Positions 35,909 to 44,261 of a stretch of DNA of 44,261 bases are shown piece by piece. Under the pieces are notes generated by a model. It was not told where the DNA came from. It saw only the letters and a list, made by a program, of their open reading frames with translations, and searched no databases. The translations under genes were made by a program, and so were the position numbers. The stretch is taken from NCBI RefSeq assembly GCF_001194135.2, contig NC_068993.1:57855401-57899661 (forward strand). The letters run 5' to 3'. Within the stretch, counting starts at the first letter, position 1. Every line of letters begins with the position of its first letter. The DNA is from Octopus bimaculoides (Eukaryota).

Positions 35909-38122
35909 GTGAGGGATAGATAGATAGAAAGGTAGACAGATACACCCATATATCCATTCGTACATACAAATATATACGCTTGTATGTAAGTATATACACA
36001 TGTGTGTGTGTATTTTTTTATATTTTACTCTCTTCTAAAAATCCAGATAACAACACACTGCTCTTCTCCCATGCGTATATGTAAGTCGGAAATGAGTGTT
36101 TTTGCCCTGTATGCTGTTGCACGTACGTCAATTTTACATTATTTTAGATATAACTAACAATATTATAAATACAGCAATTAACAGAACAGTAAAGATATGT
36201 AAAACATTTTGAGAAAGAAATCAATATCCACAATGTTGACATAAAAACATTTGTAGCTATACATGCATGCATAAATACACACACTCACACGAACAGACAC
36301 ACAGACACGCACATATATACACAAATGTATAACACACAGATCGGTACAGGAAGCACTGACGATTTAGGCAGACTTATATACGCGTACTTCATCGTTATAC
36401 CTATAGAGGTGAATGCATGCGGTTGGGTATGAATATGCTCATACGAGTAGGCATATAGGTTGATGTGTACTTACATACAGAACAGACATATTATATACAT
36501 ATATATGTGTGTGGATGTGTGTGTATAGTATGTATATTTGTATGTATGTAAGTATATATATACAAAAGAGAAGACGGAATGTACCAACACAATAATGTAT
36601 ATTATCACAACAATTGTTTCATCTTCAAGATAAATGCAGACATGTACACGTATATATATATATAAAGAAATATATATACTATTTACGCCATGCATGTATG
36701 TGCACCTATGCATATATGTAGTTATAGACATATGTGTGTACATATATACAGACATATTTATACCTATATACAAAGTTTTTTATATAATACATACATGTGT
36801 AAATACAAACATATATATAATAAAAAATGAAAAAAATATATATATATATACACAGACGCATATATATATGTGTATGTTTGTGTGCGTGTATGTGTATGCT
36901 TATGTATATTGTATTTTGATTCAGACTACATACATTCATACAGACAGACATAAATATATCCTTTTGGTAAATAATAAAAACAGTAACACTTGTATTAACA
37001 ATAAAAACAATTACGATGGTTATAACAATAGAAACAACAAACACAATACTCAAAGTAATGGAGATATCTTAAGAGGGAAAACTGTCAAAGAGAAATAGAA
37101 ATATTCAAAATAATGAATAGATAATGCATTAAAGTTATAGGAAGTGTAAACATGTAGAAAAATGCACTTGGTGTTTCTTTTAATTGACAGGTTATCGATC
37201 TTATTAAAGAGAGTAAAGAAAACTATTTGTGAATATTGTATGTAGTTAGTCCAGTTTGTTTCCTTGTATCTATCGTCTGACATGATATTTTTGTGGTACT
37301 CTNNNNNNNNNNNNNNNNNNNNNNNNNNNNNNNNNNNNNNNNNNNNNNNNNNNNNNNNNNNNNNNNNNNNNNNNNNNNNNNNNNNNNNNNNNNNNNNNNN
37401 NNNNNNNNNNNNNNNNNNNNNNNNNNNNNNNNNNNNNNNNNNNNNNNNNNNNNNNNNNNNNNNNNNNNNNNNNNNNNNNNNNNNNNNNNNNNNNNNNNNN
37501 NNNNNNNNNNNNNNNNNNNNNNNNNNNNNNNNNNNNNNNNNNNNNNNNNNNNNNNNNNNNNNNNNNNNNNNNNNNNNNNNNNNNNNNNNNNNNNNNNNNN
37601 NNNNNNNNNNNNNNNNNNNNNNNNNNNNNNNNNNNNNNNNNNNNNNNNNNNNNNNNNNNNNNNNNNNNNNNNNNNNNNNNNNNNNNNNNNNNNNNNNNNN
37701 NNNNNNNNNNNNNNNNNNNNNNNNNNNNNNNNNNNNNNNNNNNNNNNNNNNNNNNNNNNNNNNNNNNNNNNNNNNNNNNNNNNNNNNNNNNNNNNNNNNN
37801 NNNNNNNNNNNNNNNNNNNNNNNNNNNNNNNNNNNNNNNNNNNNNNNNNNNNNNNNNNNNNNNNNNNNNNNNNNNNNNNNNNNNNNATGCAAATAATTCG
37901 AGCCAAAATAGAAAAAAATATGCTGTACATGTATATGCATATTTCAAGAGTTGTTGTACTTTCATCAGCACCATATATAACCTATCAACTATCTACGAAC
38001 CCACTGCTTCATTATTCACTACGTTTAACTGGGATAGACCAGTTAACTTACTAAACACATTGGTGGTAACTGGTACGCACATATCAATTGCTAGCAATTG
38101 ATATTTTGCAACCATAATATAA

Positions 38123-38213
38123 GCACCAGTTGCATACTGGAGTTGATCTAATCGTCTGCCCCCCCCCCTCCCCTTAAAATTTCGGGCCTTGTTCCTAGAG
38201 TCATAAAGAATAT
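38123..38213 (+). mobile_element. SINE family A 3' fragment
   Basis: ACCAGTTGCATACTGGAGTTGATCTAATCG...AATTTCGGGCCTTG...AAAGAATATT matches the family A tail. Confidence 0.7.
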
Positions 38214-41200
38214 TTGTGGTGGCAGTGCCATATTTTCATTTTAAGTGTATCTCTTTAGATCTTCATTAGAATTCATATGCATATAATACGCATATGTATA
38301 CGTGTACAGGATTCTGTGTGCGTATGTGTGTGTACCTGTAGAGCCTTAAATGTAAAACCTTTTATTCTCCAAAAATGTATACTGGATTCATTCATATGAA
38401 CGGGTCAATTTTCTTTCAGAAGGCGAACATAACTGACAATCAATGTTGTAAACATCAACTTAAAGTGTCGTTAAAAAATTTATAGTGTTGTTTTCGTGTA
38501 ATTTTCACTCACTCCTTCGTCACCGTTTCCTTCCAGTTGATGGATCGGTGTCTGTTATTCTTTTTTTCCTCGGGGCAGAAATATTTAATGCTCAATGTTA
38601 AAATATATAATTAAAATGGATATTATTTTATCTATATTTTATGTGTATAAATAGCTCTTTCCACCACATATATGTGTATTTCTATGTTTATATGTCATGG
38701 ATGTAGATTAATTGATAATTATATTTTGATCATTATTGAGTTTAGTTAACAATGAAGTTCTCCCAAGTTGTTGTGGAGATGGGATACTTAAATGTTTATA
38801 GGATATTAAATTAAGCATGATCAAAAAGAGAGATCCCTATTACTTTTGGTCCGCAAGGCTGGATCCATACACGAATATTTGGGGGTTTCATCAAGAAAGA
38901 AATACTTGTCTTCAAATTGCTGAAGTTCTGCTGGCGATGATCAACCAGTCTAACATCTGATGTTTCTATATACTCAAGAGATCTTATACTTCGTAGCTAT
39001 TGATCACTTCCAATTAGAAGCCAACGGTTACTCATAATTTCAAATGGCGACGAAAATCCTCGAACATTAATTTCTTCCTTTAAATGGATTTTTAATTTAT
39101 TCATCACATTAGAGATGTTGTATCATTTCATGATATCTTCTTTTACTTTCCTTCCACGCTGATTTTATTTATATATTTATTTTACTTTTTCTCTCTTCAC
39201 ATGTAAAAGCAATTTATATTCAATATTAAGCTTTCGATGAAAATTGTAATTAACTTGAATTAAATATTCTATATTGTATGTTTGTAGCCAACCAGATTTT
39301 TGCATGTATGAAAGACGATTGTTTACTGTGGAAAAAAGAAAAAGGAAGCTGAATTGTAATTTTGCTATAGGAATCCAGTCTAAAAATCTAGTAGTCTAAA
39401 ATTAAAACCTTACGCATGTTATTTTATGCTGTAAGCCATTTTATGCTGGAATCCAGTTTAAAAAATCTAGTTGTCAAACATTAAAACCTTATTCATTTGA
39501 TTTTATTCTCTGAGCCTACACCGGATGCTAAATATACACGACTTGCAAGTATTTGACATTGATTTAAATTCAATAAAGTTTTATATGTATATATATATAT
39601 ATTATTTGCCATGAAGGAACACTAGGGAAGTTTGAATGCTGAAACGAGTCTGCAAATAGAGAAAGATCTTTGCATACGTATGATGCTGAATACTAACAAA
39701 ATTTTTAATGTTTATTTTATGCTTAATATTGACCATTAATTTCCTCTCGTGCTGAAGAGAGAGTAAATTGTGTGTTTTTATTGTTCACTTAATTATCAGG
39801 TGAAGTAATAATTATTTTCCTTATGGCAATAAAACTAGCTTTCTTCAAAAACTTTGAAAAACAATTACAAGGAAAAAAAATAAAAGCGCAATTAATGTAT
39901 TTAATATTTTATTTGTCTGCATATGTACGTTTCCATCCATGAGGTCATCATCACTAGTTCTTATGGGTATAAAGTAAAAAAGAAAAAATCATAAGTGAAT
40001 TATAATATACATTGAATACAGATACATAGCATATTTGCATGTATCAACAGTACTCACATCAGAAAAGATATCAGATACAAGTGTTCCAGTGAAGATAATG
40101 TCATTTATAGTTGAAGTTTTGTGGATATATTGAGAAACAAACGACTTCTGTCGGTGGCGGATGTGAATAAAGATTCTAAAATACAATGACGTACGTTTTC
40201 GCCGCTTTTTGCCTCGAAGGCAGAGCAGTTCGTTAGGATATTAGTATTCTCGTCTCTGCAGTGAAAGCCTTGTTTTTGTTATTTCTATGCACAGCTAATC
40301 TGTTATAGTTTGATGCAATCTTCTGTCACGAACTAGTTGTTGTTTGTGATCAAAGATACTCGCAAGACATTTTCGCGAGGAAGAAGCCTATTTGCGAAAG
40401 AGGTTAAAAATTCCTTGTCTTCAATATATGTGGGCGATTTTGTTATTCGCTTCTTTTTCTTTTGCCGATTTTGGAATTTGGTTAAACATACCCACTTTAA
40501 TGCGAGCATACATCGACATATGTAAATCTCTGTGTGTGTGTGTGTGTGTNNNNNNNNNNNNNNNNNNNNNNNNNNNNNNNNNNNNNNNNNNNNNNNNNNN
40601 NNNNNNNNNNNNNNNNNNNNNNNNNNNNNNNNNNNNNNNNNNNNNNNNNNNNNNNNNNNNNNNNNNNNNNNNNNNNNNNNNNNNNNNNNNNNNNNNNNNN
40701 NNNNNNNNNNNNNNNNNNNNNNNNNNNNNNNNNNNNNNNNNNNNNNNNNNNNNNNNNNNNNNNNNNNNNNNNNNNNNNNNNNNNNNNNNNNNNNNNNNNN
40801 NNNNNNNNNNNNNNNNNNNNNNNNNNNNNNNNNNNNNNNNNNNNNNNNNNNNNNNNNNNNNNNNNNNNNNNNNNNNNNNNNNNNNNNNNNNNNNNNNNNN
40901 NNNNNNNNNNNNNNNNNNNNNNNNNNNNNNNNNNNNNNNNNNNNNNNNNNNNNNNNNNNNNNNNNNNNNNNNNNNNNNNNNNNNNNNNNNNNNNNNNNNN
41001 NNNNNNNNNNNNNNNNNNNNNNNNNNNNNNNNNNNNNNNNNNNNNNNNNNNNNNNNNNNNNNNNNNNNNNNNNNNNNNNNNNNNNNNNNNNNNNNNNNNN
41101 NNNNNNNNNNNNNNNNNNNNNNNNNNNNNNNNNNNNNNNNNNNNNNNNNNNNNNNNNNNNNNNNNNNNNNNNNNNNNNNNNNNNNNNNNNNNNNNNNNNN

Positions 41201-41360
41201 NNNNNNNNNNNNNNNNNNNNNNNNNNNNNNNNNNNNNNNNNNNNNNNNNNNNNNNNNNNNNNNNNNNNNNNNNNNNNNNNNNNNNNNNNNNNNNNNNNNN
41301 NNNNNNNNNNNNNNNNNNNNNNNNNNNNNNNNNNNNNNNNNNNNNNNNNNNNNNNNNNNN

Positions 41361-41396
<36 letters not shown>

Positions 41397-41784
41397 GTGT
41401 TCAGAATAAGTATCAATTTGTGAAATATCGGCTCCAATCGAATTTCATGAACTAGTCGATTGTGATTAAACATGTCCGCGAGCTATTTTCTCTCCAAATA
41501 TCTATTTGGGATCGAGGCAGAAAATATCTTGCTTCGGATACGCTGCAGTGTTATTTAATTACCAGCCGAACCAGTATATTTTAGGAACACTATTGATACG
41601 TATAAACACACAACGTGTGTGTGTATATTTCTGTTTTGGATATATATATAACTTAATACTACTTCGAATTTACTTATTAGATGCCTCGATGATGCTCGTT
41701 TGAAACATTGACGAAGAAAATGTTTCAAACGGATTAGTTTTAATTTTGCAAGGCGGGGTGGTATCAGAATCTTTAAAAGGCCGG

Positions 41785-42423
41785 GCACAATACTTAGCGT
41801 CATTTCGTTCGGTCAGTGTTCAAACTGTGCTGAGACAATCTTCGCGTTTTACCCTTCCGAGGTTGATAAAATAAGTATTACTTAAGTACTGGGTCGATGT
41901 AATCGATTAGCACCATCTCCGAAATTTTCATGTCTAGTGCTATTACTAGTAAGGATTATTTGGCATATAGTTTAGGACTTTTTTGCAACAATATTTAAAG
42001 CAACAGCTGGCGGCGAGCAGGCAGAAACGTTATCACACCGGGCGAAAAGTTTAGCGATATTTCGTCTGTCCTTAAGTTCTGATCTCAAATTCCACCGATG
42101 TCGACTTTGCCTTTCCTCCTTTCGCGGTCGATAAATTACGTTCCAGTTGTGTACTGGGGTCGATCTAATCGACTGGTCCCCTCCATAAAAAAATTTCGGA
42201 CCTTGTGCCTAGAATAGAAAGGAAACGATAGTACCCCGGGTGAAATGCTTAGCGGTATTTCGTCTGCCGTTACGTTCTGATTTCAAATTTCGCCGAGGTC
42301 GACTTTGCCTTTCATCCTTTCGGGGTCGATAAATTAAGTACCAGTTACACACTGGGGTCGATATAATCGACTGACCTCTCCCTAAAAGTTTCAGGCTTTG
42401 TGCTTAGAGTAGTAAAGAATATT
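41785..42423 (+). mobile_element. Three tandem SINE family A units
   Basis: A degraded unit at about 41785-41962 is followed by units at 42008-42222 and 42224-42423. The latter two carry GTCGACTTTGCCTTTC...GTCGATAAATTA...CTGGGGTCGAT. Confidence 0.85.
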
Positions 42424-42979
42424 TAGAGCGTGAATACATACATAGACATGTATACATCTCGAAGCAGAGACAGAATCCTATATGTGTTCAGATTCCCACT
42501 CATCACTACTCTTTCCTATCTCCACCAAAAGAACCACTGCACCTCTTCCTACCTAACCCATCTCCATTTTCCTTCACTCCTAACAACAATGTATTTGCTC
42601 TCACTCATGCTTTTTTTCAAATGCAAGACTAACGTCCGAAACTTTCAGTATCTTTACCATCATTTCAATTGTTAATCTAATGCAGTATTGGTTTAAAGAT
42701 GTACCTCCTGCTTCCTAAATTACCTCGCTTTACTTCCCTCCGAATCACTTATTTTTTCTTTCATTCATCCTACGATTTCATCAGATGAACGACTAACACC
42801 CGAAACGTTACAACACGTTCCGTCTGTTAAACTAATACGCTATTTATTTACACATGACCTTCTTGTGACGGCATTTTCGATTTGTTTTTGCTTAATACAT
42901 TTTCTATATATGAGTACGTAACTCTGTGTGTTTCTGTGTATATGCATGTGTAAAATCATATCTAGGAATCCATCCATGA

Positions 42980-42981
<2 letters not shown>

Positions 42982-43059
<78 letters not shown>
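42982..43059. repeat. (TATC)n microsatellite
   Basis: Directly visible; runs into a gap. Confidence 0.95.
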
Positions 43060-43345
43060 NNNNNNNNNNNNNNNNNNNNNNNNNNNNNNNNNNNNNNNNN
43101 NNNNNNNNNNNNNNNNNNNNNNNNNNNNNNNNNNNNNNNNNNNNNNNNNNNNNNNNNNNNNNNNNNNNNNNNNNNNNNNNNNNNNNNNNNNNNNNNNNNN
43201 NNNNNNNNNNNNNNNNNNNNNNNNNNNNNNNNNNNNNNNNNNNNNNNNNNNNNNNNNNNNNNNNNNNNNNNNNNNNNNNNNNNNNNNNNNNNNNNNNNNN
43301 NNNNNNNNNNNNNNNNNNNNNNNNNNNNNNNNNNNNNNNNNNNNN

Positions 43346-43382
<37 letters not shown>

Positions 43383-43775
43383 CACAAATATATACACTTG
43401 TATAAATGTTTATATATAACCATAAGTGTGTGCGTATTTGTACGTGAGGCGAAATAAAATCACTTACACAAATCAATTGTAAGCTGGTTTCTCAGCGGCT
43501 GCTTGCTGATCTATTCGGGTGAGCTTCATCTATCTACTGGAATAGTTGACACGCTTGTAAGTGGTCGAAAATGCAACAGCTCATTCATATGATGTAGAAT
43601 CGATTCACAGGGACAATGCTCGGTAGAAGATATTCTATTAAAATTAGCTATATCTTATCAGATGGATTGAACCATAATAGTTCCTGTGGAAATTTTCATT
43701 CTTACAAAGATAGCATATTAGAAATGGAAGTACGTATGTCATGTTTTGATACATACGCAAGCGTACATAAGTATA

Positions 43776-43839
<64 letters not shown>

Positions 43840-44056
43840 TATGCAAATATATATAGACGCATTAGATATATTTGTATGTACAGTGTTCTGGATATACATG
43901 TGTATAGTAATGTATGTGCGCATCGCTGAAGGAAACCAGAGAATATTATCTGTTTTGATCTATCCTGTTCGCATGACTGTTGCTAACATCATAAATATTT
44001 AAAGTTACTCTAGTTTGGAGCTGTTACCTCAATAAGTTCTTAAAATAACATACACA

Positions 44057-44141
44057 GCAACAACAACAACCACAACAACAACAACAAAGGCAACAGCAAT
44101 GATAAGCGTAATAGTAACACTGACAAAATAACAACAACAAC

Positions 44142-44204
<63 letters not shown>

Positions 44205-44261
44205 TACAATAATAATATTAACAATAATAATAACAACAAGAACAACGATAATGATAATAAT
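44057..44261. repeat. (CAA)n/(TAA)n microsatellite
   Basis: Directly visible. Confidence 0.95.

Overview
AT-rich, microsatellite-dense eukaryotic DNA with 11 N gaps, most flanked by simple repeats. The SINE families and repeat landscape fit a draft octopod cephalopod genome; this is recognised from memory, not from a database search. None of the supplied six-frame ORFs is credible as an unspliced gene. Reading for splice signals instead gives a phase-consistent 4-exon gene on the + strand (10289-10325, 14231-14327, 16673-16722, 20746-20810; 249 nt) behind a TATA box. It encodes an 82-aa secreted precursor: MRIYLLFCLLVFGASG-NKEACEKMGVRKCAKYTPGRNITDLEPCLYCYEYFKHKYIWLRCAGQVPISSHYYWACLITAVINI. 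The six-cysteine mature part partly resembles the CHH/ITP neurohormone superfamily but has one cysteine relocated. The rest is transposon debris: two or three tRNA-derived SINE families, two mariner-type MITEs, a Tc1/mariner N-terminal fragment, a BEL/Pao remnant and Penelope-like remnants. There are also several degenerate hammerhead-ribozyme-like motifs. The gene model and family assignment are by-eye inferences and need RNA-seq and homology or structure checks.
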